DNA from: Octopus bimaculoides
Lineage: Eukaryota
Direction: 5' to 3'
NCBI RefSeq assembly: GCF_001194135.2
Contig: NC_068997.1
Location: 22,525,210 to 22,589,209, forward strand
DNA length: 64,000 nucleotides
The number at the start of each line of letters is the position of its first letter. The first letter of the stretch is position 1. Below are positions 12,919 to 26,923 of this stretch, one piece after another. Both the position numbers and the translations under genes were made by a program. Below the pieces are notes generated by a model, which saw nothing but the letters and a program-made list of their open reading frames with translations, was not told the origin of the DNA and made no database searches.

Positions 12919-13265
12919 CGTTTGGACTGGAGGTAATGAACTCAAATCATATCCTGGCTGCCATCAAAACATCTTACCTTCTGTTCATTACCGAGCATCC
13001 TGGTGAGAAAAAAAAAACCTTGCATGAAAGTTGCACATGCTCAAATCTTCATATATAATTGTGAGTACAGTTCCCACACTAACTCCAAACTGATGATCTT
13101 ATCCAGAATACTGATGTTCCAATGTCCTTTCCATTCTAAATCTCTCATCGTCTCACACCTTTTTTTTCTCCTGTCCTTGAACCTCATGTGCTATCGAAAA
13201 ATAGATTTCTCGGCTTTTCTAGAGCATTTCATAAGTTTTTGTAGCGTATTTACCTAGCATCCTAG

Positions 13266-13330
13266 CAAGGGTCGGTAAACGGGGGTAAATCACCCCAAGT
13301 GGGGTAAAAATGAAATTCTTGGTGAGTAAT
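13266..13330 (+). mobile_element. hAT-like MITE terminus, fragment
   Basis: CAAGGGTCGGTAAACGGGGGTAAATCACCCCAAGTGGGGTAAAAATGAAAT resembles CAGGGGTCGGCAAAC-type hAT ends. Confidence 0.35.
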
Positions 13331-13944
13331 GAAGACTCATTAGACGTAAGTGAAATTGTATAAAGGATGTTTTCCTTTGTACGACAGAACTGTTTTCTTC
13401 TGGCAACACTGCATCTGTCCAACGTAATGGACGTGTAAATATATTCATATAAACAGATTCAATAAAATAAATCCAGTAAACCTTTTGAACTCAAAGAATC
13501 TATGATTTTCTTCCTTTCAAATCATGGAAGTATCATCGGCGTAAGTAAATATATTTTGAGATCATTGGTTAAAGAAGTGTCCTGACACCCGATCCTAGCT
13601 TAACACAAAACGTTATTGCATAGCGAGCTTCCATACGTCCCGACTACTGCAAACTCGTCAGCTGTGACTAGCTGTGATTAATAGCATGTGTTGAAAGAGA
13701 TTTTACAGCCATCTTCTTGAATTCGGAATAACAAAATTTAGCAGGTCAGCTTATTAGATATATATTAATGATTTAGTAAATTGCAATAATCTAGAACAGT
13801 TACAACTGTCTCTACTAAAAGAGTTTCAGACCTTCTGGACTACATCTTGTATGTGTATATGTGTCAGTACGTATGTGAGTGTACGAGTGTGTGTGTGTGA
13901 ATGTAAATGTGCAGGTATATATTTATTATATATGTATGTAAGCA

Positions 13945-14005
<61 letters not shown>

Positions 14006-15031
14006 GTCTGTCTGTCTGTCTATCCATCTATCTATCTATCTATTTTCATAGGCAGAGAGACAGAGAGAGAGAGAGTGAGAGAGTGCAGAATACCTAGCTT
14101 ATGTGTACGTATGTGTGAGATTGTGTGTGTGCGTGCGTGCGTGTGTGTGTACATATGTGTGTGCGTGCGTGTGTGAGTGTGTGTGTGTGTGTTTTGTGAA
14201 TCTGTATGTGTTTTTATCTATATATATGAGTGTGTACATGTATGAATGCATTTAACTATATCTGTATTAAAAGTTGTGTGTGTGTGTATATGTGTGTGTG
14301 TATATATGTGTGTGTGTGTGTATATATGTGTGTGTGTATATATATATGTGTGTGTGCGTGTGCCTGCGCGCTGCGCACATGTAAATATATTCATGTGTAT
14401 TCACACTCACATACACACATATCTGTATGGATAGGTGTGTGTCTGTATATGTGAAGGTGGTTATTTGAAGTGCCAAACATAGCAGTCAAATTTTCCGTTA
14501 GATTACCCACTGCCTTCTTGCAATGTTGCTATTAGCTCGGAAAGAAAATAAACAAATAGACGCATGTAAATCAACGAATACAATTTTATCAGTTGCTCTA
14601 TTCTCTCAGGACTGGTCTACGAATAACGCAAATGGCGACAAAGATGACGGCAAGAACAAAGAAAGCAACAACTCTTCCCGTTTAGTTCCCTTTTCAACGC
14701 AGAGAAAGTTGAACTGATATTTCACAATATTTGTTATCTCCTATCTTTTAGAGAAGAAAACAAAATGAGTGGAGACAGATTGACATGTAGGGGGAGGGAC
14801 AGAGGGAGCATGTGTATGTGTGTGAGGATGGAATTCATAGCTTAACACAGGGAAGAGTGTGTGTGTGTATATGTGTGTGCGCGTGTGTGTGTATGTGCGT
14901 GCTTGTTTGTGTATGTGTGCTGTGTCTGTAGTGTCTGTGTTTGTATTTATATACATTTATACATGTAAAATATATCTATATATGCATTAGTGTGTACATG
15001 TATGAATGCACGTACGTATATCGGTATTAAA

Positions 15032-15066
<35 letters not shown>

Positions 15067-15402
15067 NNNNNNNNNNNNNNNNNNNNNNNNNNNNNNNNNN
15101 NNNNNNNNNNNNNNNNNNNNNNNNNNNNNNNNNNNNNNNNNNNNNNNNNNNNNNNNNNNNNNNNNNNNNNNNNNNNNNNNNNNNNNNNNNNNNNNNNNNN
15201 NNNNNNNNNNNNNNNNNNNNNNNNNNNNNNNNNNNNNNNNNNNNNNNNNNNNNNNNNNNNNNNNNNNNNNNNNNNNNNNNNNNNNNNNNNNNNNNNNNNN
15301 NNNNNNNNNNNNNNNNNNNNNNNNNNNNNNNNNNNNNNNNNNNNNNNNNNNNNNNNNNNNNNNNNNNNNNNNNNNNNNNNNNNNNNNNNNNNNNNNNNNN
15401 NN

Positions 15403-15462
<60 letters not shown>

Positions 15463-16194
15463 TGTCAGAAAGAAGGGGAACAGGAGAACGGCAGTTAAAT
15501 CCCACAGTATGCTTCCATTAAGCCATTTTTCAATTTAAATTCTATTTAATATAATATATAATAAACAAACAGTGAAATAATAAAACGTAATGTACACATC
15601 AATAATTAACGATCACTTAATCTTTTGATACGCACTTTGCAAACGAATCTATGGAATTATTGATTATTACATACTCCATTATTATATAAATTCGTCGATC
15701 ATGCAGAGATGAGTAATGAAATGTATAAAATAATTAGCTAATCATTAACTTAATTTAGGCTTCAACAACAGCACGGTGATATCACTCAGTGATATGATTT
15801 AATTACAAAGTTTAAATAATTATTATATTGGATTTGATGGTTGGTGGATTATCAACAGAATCGTTAGATTCTTCTTGTATTTCTTCTGGTTTTTAACGTT
15901 GTGAGCTTGAAACTGAACGATATCAACTTTACGTTTCATACTTTCGGCGTTCATAAAAATATAAGGTCAGTCAAATGTTGATTAACACTCTCTCGTCATA
16001 ATTTCTGGTTTTGTGTCGAAACTTAAAACAAAAGTAAACTATGAGAATATAGTGAATTTATATACGGTATTATCCAGCGTACATCTCGATTTATTATATA
16101 GTGTAATTATGCCGAGTAGGCATTTAAACATTGCCAGTACCTTTCCAAATTCCACTACTTTTCCAATGTAATTTGTGATTCTGCAGAATCGTTT

Positions 16195-16410
16195 TCGTGT
16201 ATAAGTCGACCTGCTTCATTTGGCTGTAAAATTTGGTTTGAAAACTTCGACTTGTGTGCCGGAAAATACGGCAATCAAATTCCGCCAAGGTTGACTTTGT
16301 CTTTCATCCTTTCCGGGTTGATAAATTAAGTACCAGTGAAACACTGGAGTTGATGTAATCGACTAGTCCCCTTCCCAAAAATTTCAGGTTTTGTACCTTT
16401 AATAAAAAGG
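16195..16410 (+). mobile_element. SINE family B, diverged
   Basis: CAAATTCCGCCAAGGTTGACTTTGTCTTTCATCCTTTCCGGGTTGATAAATTAAGTACCAG core. Confidence 0.75.
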
Positions 16411-16639
16411 ATCGTTTTTATCATTATCCTGGAAGTGGGTAATTTCATGTCGTAAACGCGCAAATTTATGAAGACCTGTTCAATTACTTACGTATCCTTT
16501 TCCTGATAGGGTAGCTACGTATGTTCTCAACACCAAATATACAGTAGTCACTCAACACTTGGTACAAGGCCACCACTCTCGATTGTGCACATCCCACCTT
16601 TCAAGAGCTGTTTTATTGCGAATTATTTGGAGGTCATAC

Positions 16640-16846
16640 GAGTGCTGATGCCACGAAGAGAAAGAATACCCAGTAAATTTTGAGTGGTTGTTGGCATTTA
16701 GAAGGACATCTAGCCTTAAAAATATTGCCAAGGTAGTAACTGGACAGCAATGAAGCTCTGTTTCTAGATTGTCAGATGGTATCCAAGCGGCCAAATCAAT
16801 GCTTGCATGGAATACAGAGGTTGAACACTGATGCTGCTGCTACAGC

Positions 16847-16878
<32 letters not shown>

Positions 16879-16890
16879 CTGATGATGATG
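16640..16890 (+). mobile_element. Old retroposon 3' end with (GCT/GAT)n tail
   Basis: GTTGGCATTTAGAAGGACATCTAGCCTTAAAAATATTGCCAA resembles the GTTGGCGTTAGGAAGGGCATCCAGCCGTAAAA tail of many LINEs/SINEs. It ends TGCTTGCATGGAA...GTTGAAC followed by a trinucleotide tail. Confidence 0.4.
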
Positions 16891-17339
16891 CCAAAAAGGT
16901 TTTTTGAATCATTAAAGAAAATTTTCGAAAGACATCTCCAAACTTGTTGGGGATCTTGATCGATGTGATGCTGTCAATAATAAAGTTGTTGGTCTTAAGA
17001 AGAATAGTAGTTGATGAAACTCTTGATGTTTCCAAAAGGAATCACAAACATAGAAACAGAATAGGATATTAAGGTGAAAATATGTGTATATGTGTATGCA
17101 AGAGCGTATCTTTCACTGGCTCTATGTCCTTCGCTTTATCTGTATCTGTATGCACAGTTAAGTCAGTGAACTCGCAAAATTGACAGCACGTCAAAGTAAA
17201 TGCTCAGCGGCATTTCATCCTATCTCTTCTATTAACTCGTGTCCCTCCGATGTAGCGTTTACCTTTCATTACTTCGGGGTCCAGAAGATAAAATGCCAGT
17301 CATGTACCAAGGTGGATGTAATCGATTTATCTTTCATTA

Positions 17340-17725
17340 CGTATAGTCATTTCACTGCGGCCATGCTGGGGTACAGTCTTTTAAAAATTTAGTCGAATGC
17401 ATCGACCTCCGTACTCATGTTGTTTTAAAGCTTCGTACTTATTATATCTTTTCTTTTGCCGAATCACTAAGTTACCGTGACGTAAACACACCATCACTGG
17501 TTTTCACGCGGTGGTGATGGACAAATACAGACACAAACTCCACACACGTAAAAATGTATTCGACGAGCTTCTTTCAGTTTCCGTTTACCAAATCCACTCA
17601 CAAGGCTCTGATCGGCCCGAGATTAGAATAGAAGACACTTGCCCAAAGTGCTGCGCAGTGGGACTGAACCTGGAACAATATGGTTAGAAAGTAAGCTTCT
17701 TAACCCACAGCCACATCTGCACCTA
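17340..17725 (-). mobile_element. SINE family A, near full length, without an expanded internal microsatellite
   Basis: Reverse complement of both the head (GTGGGACTGAACCTGGAAC) and the 3' part of 1949-2530. Confidence 0.85.
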
Positions 17726-18174
17726 TATAAAAAATTAAAAAAACATGCGTCTCTGGATGGGCGCCCTTCCCGCCCAAAAGTTCTTGGCTATGAACTCGGC
17801 AGCAGATCGGAGTGGTGTGGTCTCCATCTCAAATACGCCAGGAAAACTGGGTAATAGGCTTATGAATTCTACGGTTCAAGAAAAATTACTGACAGGCACA
17901 CGTGTGTATGTGTGTGTGTGTGCGTGTGTGAGTCTGTGTGTGTGTTTGCGTGTGTGTGTGTGAGAGAGAATCTGTGTATATATGTGTGACTCTGTATGTG
18001 TGCGTTCATCTGTGTGTCTGTGTATGGGTGTGTATGGGTGTGGGTGTATGCGAGTTCATATTATTGAGTTTGCTCCTTATAGGATGCGCGAATGTGTGTA
18101 TCTACCCATGTGTATGGGAATGATAACATAATTGTGTATACATAAGATTGTAGTTCATAATATATCATACGCCT

Positions 18175-18372
18175 AAGGCAGCGAGCTGGCAGAAACGTTG
18201 GCACGCCGGGCGAAATGCTTAGCGGTATTTCGTCTGAGTTCAAATTCCACCGCGGTCAACTTTGCCTTTCATCCTTTCGGGGTTGATAAATTCAGTACCA
18301 GTTTCGCACTAGGGTCGATCTAATCGACTAGCCCCTCCACAAAAATTTCGGGCCTTGTGCCAAGAGTAGAAG
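18175..18372 (+). mobile_element. SINE family B, well conserved, tail type 1
   Basis: AAGGCAGCGAGCTGGCAGAAACGTT head, B-box-like GAGTTCAAATTCC, GCCTTTCATCCTTTCGGGGTTGATAAA core, tail AATTTCGGGCCTTGTGCCAAGAGTAGAA. Confidence 0.9.
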
Positions 18373-19255
18373 AGAAAAGAATATATAATAGGTCAGTATT
18401 TGTGCATGCATNNNNNNNNNNNNNNNNNNNNNNNNNNNNNNNNNNNNNNNNNNNNNNNNNNNNNNNNNNNNNNNNNNNNNNNNNNNNNNNNNNNNNNNNN
18501 NNNNNNNNNNNNNNNNNNNNNNNNNNNNNNNNNNNNNNNNNNNNNNNNNNNNNNTATATATATATATATATATATATATATCGTACTGGGTTATATGGAT
18601 TATATTGCGTATTTCTTACCAGAATACGGGTATACGTTGCGTAATTTCAATTACATATCAAAATTGGTATTATTTATAAATACCCACTGTTGAGGTGAAT
18701 GATATAATTAAGGTATAAATATAAAGAAAAGGTTATAAAATATCATAGTAAAATAATGAACACTGATGTCCCTCCCCTTCTAATCTATGAATTAATAGTA
18801 TCTACATAATAACAAATGGTAAAACGTCCATTTTATGTATTTTCATGTTTCCAGTCATACTCAATAGGGCTCACACACACGCTCACACACACGCTCACAC
18901 ACAACACGCACACTTATATATAAACACACGCACCCTTCGGGTATGACTGCGCTATGTTTGTTTGTTTGCTTTCTTTTTTTGCTTATATGCATTTTACAGC
19001 ATTATATATAGTATATATATATATATATTACAGTGATGTATTGTGTTTTCCGAAAGTAAAATAATATTGCTATACTATTCGAAAGTAATATTACATAAAA
19101 TCTCATTTTATTATTAACCGCTATAATTATAGTTTTTTCTTATTCTCCATATTAAAATTTTCAGAGTTATATATATATATATGTGTGTGTGTGTGTAAAT
19201 AACATATACGTACATATATATGCATACATACACACATATACATGCACACACACAC

Positions 19256-19331
<76 letters not shown>

Positions 19332-19955
19332 TACATAATACTATGATTATTATTTATAATACGTATAATCTCGTTCGTCATGGATGAGTTACTTGGTATA
19401 TTCTGTTTTATTAAATCCCTTAAATGTTATTAAAATGTATTTTTTATTTTCATTTTCCCTCCACTGTAATTTCAATTTCACTTAAATCTATGTACTAGTG
19501 TACGAAAAGAAAAGTGAACAAATATAGAATGACCGCTTCCCAACCAAACGTTATCCCTAAAATCTTTAGAAACTGTAGACGTTTTTCGTTACCCGGAACC
19601 AATTTTTAATTGCATTGACCAATGATGAATATCATCGCAATATATTTATGAGACCATGAAGGAACCTTGATCTAATCAGACAACCAGTTAGGAATAGTGG
19701 TTACATCACCCTCAAATCAAATTTAATTTCATTAAAAATATACGATGGTGAACTAAATGTAACGTAGTTCTAAATATCTCCCAGACAATCTCGGGAAAAT
19801 ATCCCAAACAGTACAAAACACAAACGATTTTTTAAGATTCTCCTAAGAATGGAAACAGTACGGTCCGAACAGAAAGGTTTATGTTCATTGTATGTATATA
19901 TTGTATGTATGTATATATAGGTATGTATGTATATATATGAGTGTGTGAACGACAG

Positions 19956-20304
19956 AATAAATACTAGGGGTCGATTTATTCGACTAAAGGCGGTGCTCTA
20001 GTATGGCCGCAGTCAAATGACTGAAACAATTAAAAGAATATGCATATTTTGATGTCAATTAAGATTTTTTTTTACTTCGACTTGTGTCGGTTCTTTGACT
20101 GCGGCCATGCTGGGGTTAAGCTGGGGAATTGCTTTGAAGAATTTTAATCAAAGGAATCAACTCCATTTTTTTTTTCAGTTTTTTTCTTTTTGAAGTCTGG
20201 AGCTTATTATATTAGTCTCTTTTCAGCACCGCTAAGTTACGGGGGAGCAAACACTAGCGCCAGTTTTCAGGACCCGTTTGCTGTTCTGCTTATGTCATTA
20301 AAAT

Positions 20305-20336
<32 letters not shown>

Positions 20337-20778
20337 GAGGAAGAAAGAAAGAAAGAAAGAATGAAAGAAAGAAAGAAAGAAAGAAAAGAATGAGTGAGAG
20401 AGAGACTAATAAACTACAATAATTCAAACAAATTTATCAATGAAGTCTTCACATAGGTGTAGTCGTGCATGTGTAGTAAGAAATTTGCTTCCCAACCATG
20501 TGGCTATGCGTTCAGTCGCACTTCTACTATAGCCTCGGCCCGACAAATCCTTGAGAAGGATCTATGTAGAGGTAACCTAAAAGAAGCTCTTCATATATAC
20601 GTGCGTAAAATGTTGGGTGTGTGTTTGTGTTTTAGTGCCCCAATAACTGAACATTTCGGTAAGACCGACCGATGAAACAATAACGATGCTGTAATATGTA
20701 CTGGAGTCCATTTGTTTGTGTAAACCCTTGAAAACATTGCTACAGCCTGGCCGTAATGTAATGACTGAAATAAAGAAC
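19956..20778. mobile_element. Cluster of SINE family A pieces: 3' fragment (+) 19956-20040, 3' fragment (-) 20075-20265, degenerate full copy (+) 20450-20778
   Basis: GGGGTCGATTTATTCGACTAAAGGCGGTGCTC; GACTGCGGCCATGCTGG; CTTCTACTATAGCCTCGGCCCGAC. Confidence 0.7.
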
Positions 20779-21610
20779 CAAATGATTCTTTGATCCTCTA
20801 CGTTTAGTATTTACAAACTAAGCAAACCCAGCAAACCCAGCAAACCCAATGTTGTTGATTCCGTTATCAGCAATAACAAGTTTTTATAACATAAGTTTAA
20901 CCAGTGTCGTCTGTCATGTAACGCGTAACTTGAGATGCTATTCATATGAAACATAATGCTGTTTGGGGATAGCAGTATCTTATCCAAACGGTAGAACGAC
21001 GAACAAAAGGTCTTGTTGTATATAATTACATACCCATTAAAGTTCTTTATGAGTCAAAAATTCTACTGAGATCAACATGGCGAGACCACGTAGAGGATAT
21101 CTCGATTGCTCGATGTTTGTCTCCTATGTCTTAAGTGAGAAATAATTATAACTTTCAGTTAGGAGCGGTCAGGGGCCAGACCATTAGAGCGCTGTAAAAA
21201 ATTCTCTTGTGGTATATAGTTTCAGCTGAGATGGAATCCTGTCCGGGTACATTTTGTTTTCCATCTTATTCTCCCTGGGTTTTTTTCTTTTTTTTCTTTT
21301 TTTTAGTTCTTCATCATGTGGTTCACTCAGAAATATTCACCTTACCCTTGTTCGGCCATTAATGCTTTCGTTTTGATATAAGCATGCATGTTATTTCCTA
21401 ACGAAATTGTGTATTAGACTTGCTCAGTTACATACATATATGTGTGTGTGTGTGTGTAAAGAAAATAAGAGAAGGTAGAAAATACTAGAATAATCTTATC
21501 ATGACTACATCGTGTAATGCTTAGTACCGGTTTCTGTCTTTTCGACTTTTTTTTAACTAAGAGTAAAACGAAGGTGGATATTAATTAAGACGAAAAATAA
21601 TTAAATTGAA

Positions 21611-21697
21611 GAATTTGAACTCAGAACGTAGCGGCAGACGAAATACCGCGAAGCATTTAGCCCGGTGTGGTAACGTTTCTGCCAGCCCGCCGCCTTC
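21611..21697 (-). mobile_element. SINE family B, head fragment
   Basis: AATTTGAACTCAGAACGTAGCGGCAGACGAAATACCGC...TTTCTGCCAGCCCGCCGCCTT. Confidence 0.8.
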
Positions 21698-21849
21698 GAC
21701 AATATTAGAATATTAGCTTAATGTGTATTGTTTACTAATCCTCAATTCTACTCTCATAAAATTCCATATATCTGAAGATTTCAGCATATATTAAGCTTTC
21801 AAGCACATAGCTAGCTAGCTGGGTAAATAGACAGAAAGTTAGATAAAGG

Positions 21850-21880
<31 letters not shown>

Positions 21881-22195
21881 TATATACATGTATGCACTTG
21901 GATCGTTTGTGTGTGAGTGTGAGCGCGCGCGTGTCTATATGTATACACAAAACAAACGCATAAAATTTACACGCTTAATTGCTTTATTTCTATTTAAGAG
22001 GTAATGGAAATCAAGTGGGAAACAACTATAATTATAAATGAATAAATACACACACACACACGCACACACATATAAGTGAATATACATATACGAAACTATA
22101 TGCATATACATATGTATTTACATATGTCTTCTCTCAATTCACACCCGCTCACACTGATTCTGCATATATGTGTGCTGTACTATATAAATAACTCA

Positions 22196-22283
<88 letters not shown>

Positions 22284-24245
22284 ATAAGTATATAGTGGCG
22301 TGCATGCGGACGTGTGTTATGTTGTATCCCATTGTTTCCTCTCAAACACATCCTCTCCTAAATTAGATAATATATAACAAATAAAAAACAGATTACGAAC
22401 CAATCACGTAGCATGATTGAAATAATAAAGAGGTTCAGTCAGAAATCAGAGTGTGAGCAAAGTGAAAGTAATTCGCTTCAGCACTGTTTGGCGCGGGAAA
22501 AAAAATAACAAGGACAAAACAAACATAAAACATAAAAAAAAAACAAAAACGCATCCCCCCATCACCAAACTCTGACGTTACTAGCTACGACGGTGCAGAG
22601 TGATAAATGCGAAAATAGAATGATCAAGTACTTTAGCATAGTAAAAGCGCAATTCGATACGAGTTAAGTGATATAAAAAGGATATAATAAAATGATAGAT
22701 ATCATTGATATTGCCATAGGTTTATGATTCTGCTGACAGAATATATGGCTTCTTTTGAGTTTCTTTCTGTACGTGTCCTAATTTGAAGTCACTTTGTTCT
22801 ATTGTTAATAGGTTTGTTTTTCTTTCATACATGCATAGAAAAAAAAAAAACATTTTTGCATGGCATATATANNNNNNNNNNNNNNNNNNNNNNNNNNNNN
22901 NNNNNNNNNNNNNNNNNNNNNNNNNNNNNNNNNNNNNNNNNNNNNNNNNNNNNNNNNNNNNNNNNNNNNNNNNNNNNNNNNNNNNNNNNNNNNNNNNNNN
23001 NNNNNNNNNNNNNNNNNNNNNNNNNNNNNNNNNNNNNNNNNNNNNNNNNNNNNNNNNNNNNNNNNNNNNNNNNNNNNNNNNNNNNNNNNNNNNNNNNNNN
23101 NNNNNNNNNNNNNNNNNNNNNNNNNNNNNNNNNNNNNNNNNNNNNNNNNNNNNNNNNNNNNNNNNNNNNNNNNNNNNNNNNNNNNNNNNNNNNNNNNNNN
23201 NNNNNNNNNNNNNNNNNNNNNNNNNNNNNNNNATATATATATATATATATACATACACGCACACAAACGCATACATATACACTTGGAAACGTATATATGT
23301 TTTTGTAGATTACGTATATTCACAAATCTATGTTTATACATATTTATGCTTATGTTTGTATTGTAATTCTCCTTGTGTGTGTGTGTATGCGTGTGTGTGT
23401 GTGTGTGTGTGTGTGCATGCGTGTGTTTGTGTGCGTGTGTGCACGCTTGCGTGTGTACTGCGTTTTCTCTGGATTCTCTTCATGTGCAATCCACAGAAAA
23501 TTCTAAATCTTCATATTCCGGGTAGCATTATAAGTTTGAATCTAACGGTTTGGAGTTGGGTTATTGGAGAAGTGTTAATGTTCAATTATTTTTATAGCAT
23601 GTTGACCGATCGCTATAGCCGCTGTAGACTTAACTTTCTTATATCAGTGACAGCAGATTGTCTCTACGCATGAAGACTGTTTGGCAGTCAACCGTGCTTT
23701 GCTATTCTTTATATATCGTCCATATATTTAACTTGATCCAAAGAGTTCCATTCACGATCAGAGAGCTTGCTTTTTTTTTTCTTTTCTTTTTTACTTATTT
23801 TCTATACTCATATTATCGACTGTATTGTCTAGCGTTTGCATATTTCTTTAAGACAGCAAATTATGATTGGAGGTGGATTTAGCTGTTATTTTTAAACATT
23901 CGAACGACATTCCGTACTCATCTTCATTGGTGGTTCAAGAGTCGCTCATGTTGTTGTTGATGTGTTGTGTGTTGCTGTTGTTTATCGTGATTTATTTCCA
24001 CATTATTCATGACTATAAAACTCTATGATCCAAACACATTTCAGCTGTAATCTTCCCGGGTTTCCGCTCAGTCTTGCTACGTGTATTGTGTGTAAGATGT
24101 TTCCGTATTGTTGTTTTGGCGCTATCTGCTTGGCATAGGTGATTACATGACATCATACGTTTAAATGCTGCTCTCGTTCTTTCAGTCTACCCCGCTCTTA
24201 GGCACCACTTTGAAGGGTTTTCAGTCGAATAGATAGATAGATAGC

Positions 24246-24319
<74 letters not shown>

Positions 24320-24574
24320 CACTGACGGACAGATAGACAGACAAACAGATAGGTATGTATGTATGTATTCACGCATGTGTATGTTTGATATATGTGTGTG
24401 TTTCAGCGAGGTCATGGGGGTATGTTTGCCTTCGGTGCCAAAAGCAGTTACCAAAAGAGGCTGAATGTCCATTAAGATGTGTCAAAACCTTAGTGTCAAG
24501 TAGCAGGGCCCAAGCTTTTCTTGATGTTGTATTACGTTCGCATCTCATTTTCTTTTCCGAAATGTTTTACAAGC

Positions 24575-24935
24575 AAATTTAATTAGTAGAAACATTACCT
24601 GGTATTTGGGAACAAGTCTCCCCAAATCCCAAGATACTGCCTTAGAAATCTTTTACAACACCGGAAGGCACTCTTCTGCAGGATCGACAAGAAGTGATTC
24701 AATATGACAATCTCATAGGTAGCTTTTCGAGTGTGGTTTCAAGTGCAGCAGTTACCATTTGAGCAACTGCTGTCTAAATCTCCCACGATCTTTCCGGCTT
24801 CCCGACTAGGTCCTGATATATCTCATCATTTTCAGTTTCATTGGTATCAACTCTCTTATCATATGGTATTGCAAAGTTTACGATCTTACAATGTTTATTT
24901 ATTTCACCTTCTGTAATCATATTTGGTTTCTTGCT
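24575..24935 (-). mobile_element. R4/Dong-like non-LTR retrotransposon, restriction-like endonuclease/C-terminal relic
   Basis: Minus strand reads SKKPNMITEGEINKHCKIVNFAIPYDKRVDTNETENDEIYQDLVGKPERSWEI* ... LQKSAFRCCKRFLRQYLGIWGDL. This resembles the RLE pattern RRPD.....K....C.IIDFA.P.D.RV..KE.EK..KYQDL...LQKSALL...ILR..L. Confidence 0.8.
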
Positions 24936-25624
24936 CCAATAGTATAGCTAGTCTTTAAGTGGAAGCCACATAAAATTCTTTAATCATTATTATTTTCCTA
25001 GATTTCCAATAATTTTACTGCAGAAACTTAGCCAATACACACTACCGGTTAATAAATCAAATATATACCTTATAGCAGGCATTCACATATAAATAGAGTT
25101 TAGTATCAGTTGATGCATATGTAACAGTATCAATGAAATTTTTCCAATATGGCTGCCAGCAAATACGCTGTCATCAAGAAACTAGTTAGATTAAAACAAT
25201 CAATATTTGTTCATAATTTCAAATACGTGGTATAATTCAAATTACATCACACATGCTTGATATGTCACACGGAATATATCCTCCAATTGCCTTGCTTGGT
25301 TTTAACAAGACTGGCGTCAGTTTTCAGCGGAAATCTAAATACTGACAAAATTATAATTTATAATTAACGTTATCAAGTGGGAACAAAGAATATCTAGTTG
25401 TTCTACTCGAAATGGATGAATGCAAAGGTATATGTCATACGTATGAAGCCTGCACTCCTGCCAGACAGCTATGACATGTCGGAATATTATCTATTGTTGG
25501 CGTACTATCCTTCCTCCTCTCTCTCTATTTCTCTTGGTTCGTCTTAGATTTCTCCCACCATCTATAAATACTCATATGTACATACGCATAAACATACAGA
25601 CACACTCTCTCCCCTCTTTCTCTG

Positions 25625-25663
<39 letters not shown>

Positions 25664-25823
25664 ATATATATATGTATGTATTCTTACTGATATATACATA
25701 CATACACATACATGCAAACTGCAACGTGTAGCCCAGTCGTGTTTATCACACACACACGTATATATATGTACATATATATATGTGTTTGTGTGTGTGGTGT
25801 GTGTGTATGTATGTATATATAGA

Positions 25824-25891
<68 letters not shown>

Positions 25892-26226
25892 AACAAAATG
25901 GAAATAATGGTCATTACATATTTTATCTTCACTGGAGTAAATTCGGCTTACAGCTGTTTCCAGTGGTCATTATAAGTACGTTACAGACAGGTTTACTCAG
26001 TTGGTCTATTGATCAATTGAGGTAAATGGAACGACCTATGAAAATTAATGCTACTTTTGTCAGAGCCATTTCTGGTTATATCAAGCAGAACGCTGGAGGA
26101 ATGGTGATTGTAAGTGGAAGATGGCATAAAGATCGGAGGAAGGCAAGTTACAAAGAGGTGGAAGTAGGCATGGAGATGGTATAGAAGTCACTTGCTAGCC
26201 GTTGTATTGCCAAATTTGGAAGAGGG

Positions 26227-26923
<697 letters not shown>

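Noticed and set aside
21346-21397. 52-nt minus-strand exon candidate (NNMHAYIKTKALMAEQ), plus similar ones at 61726-61776, 14507-14535 and ~16492-16502
   Set aside because: Good splice signals, but they do not fit the proposed chain without further unseen exons and are indistinguishable from chance by eye.
24599-24675. Minus-strand exon-like segment (KSAFRCCKRFLRQYLGIWGDLFPNT) with strong splice signals
   Set aside because: It lies within the R4/Dong-like LINE relic and matches its C-terminal motif, so it was not counted as a host exon.
25952-26035. 84-nt segment with strong minus-strand acceptor and donor
   Set aside because: Stop codons in all three frames. The same applies to the candidates at ~18618-18685 and ~57190-57329.
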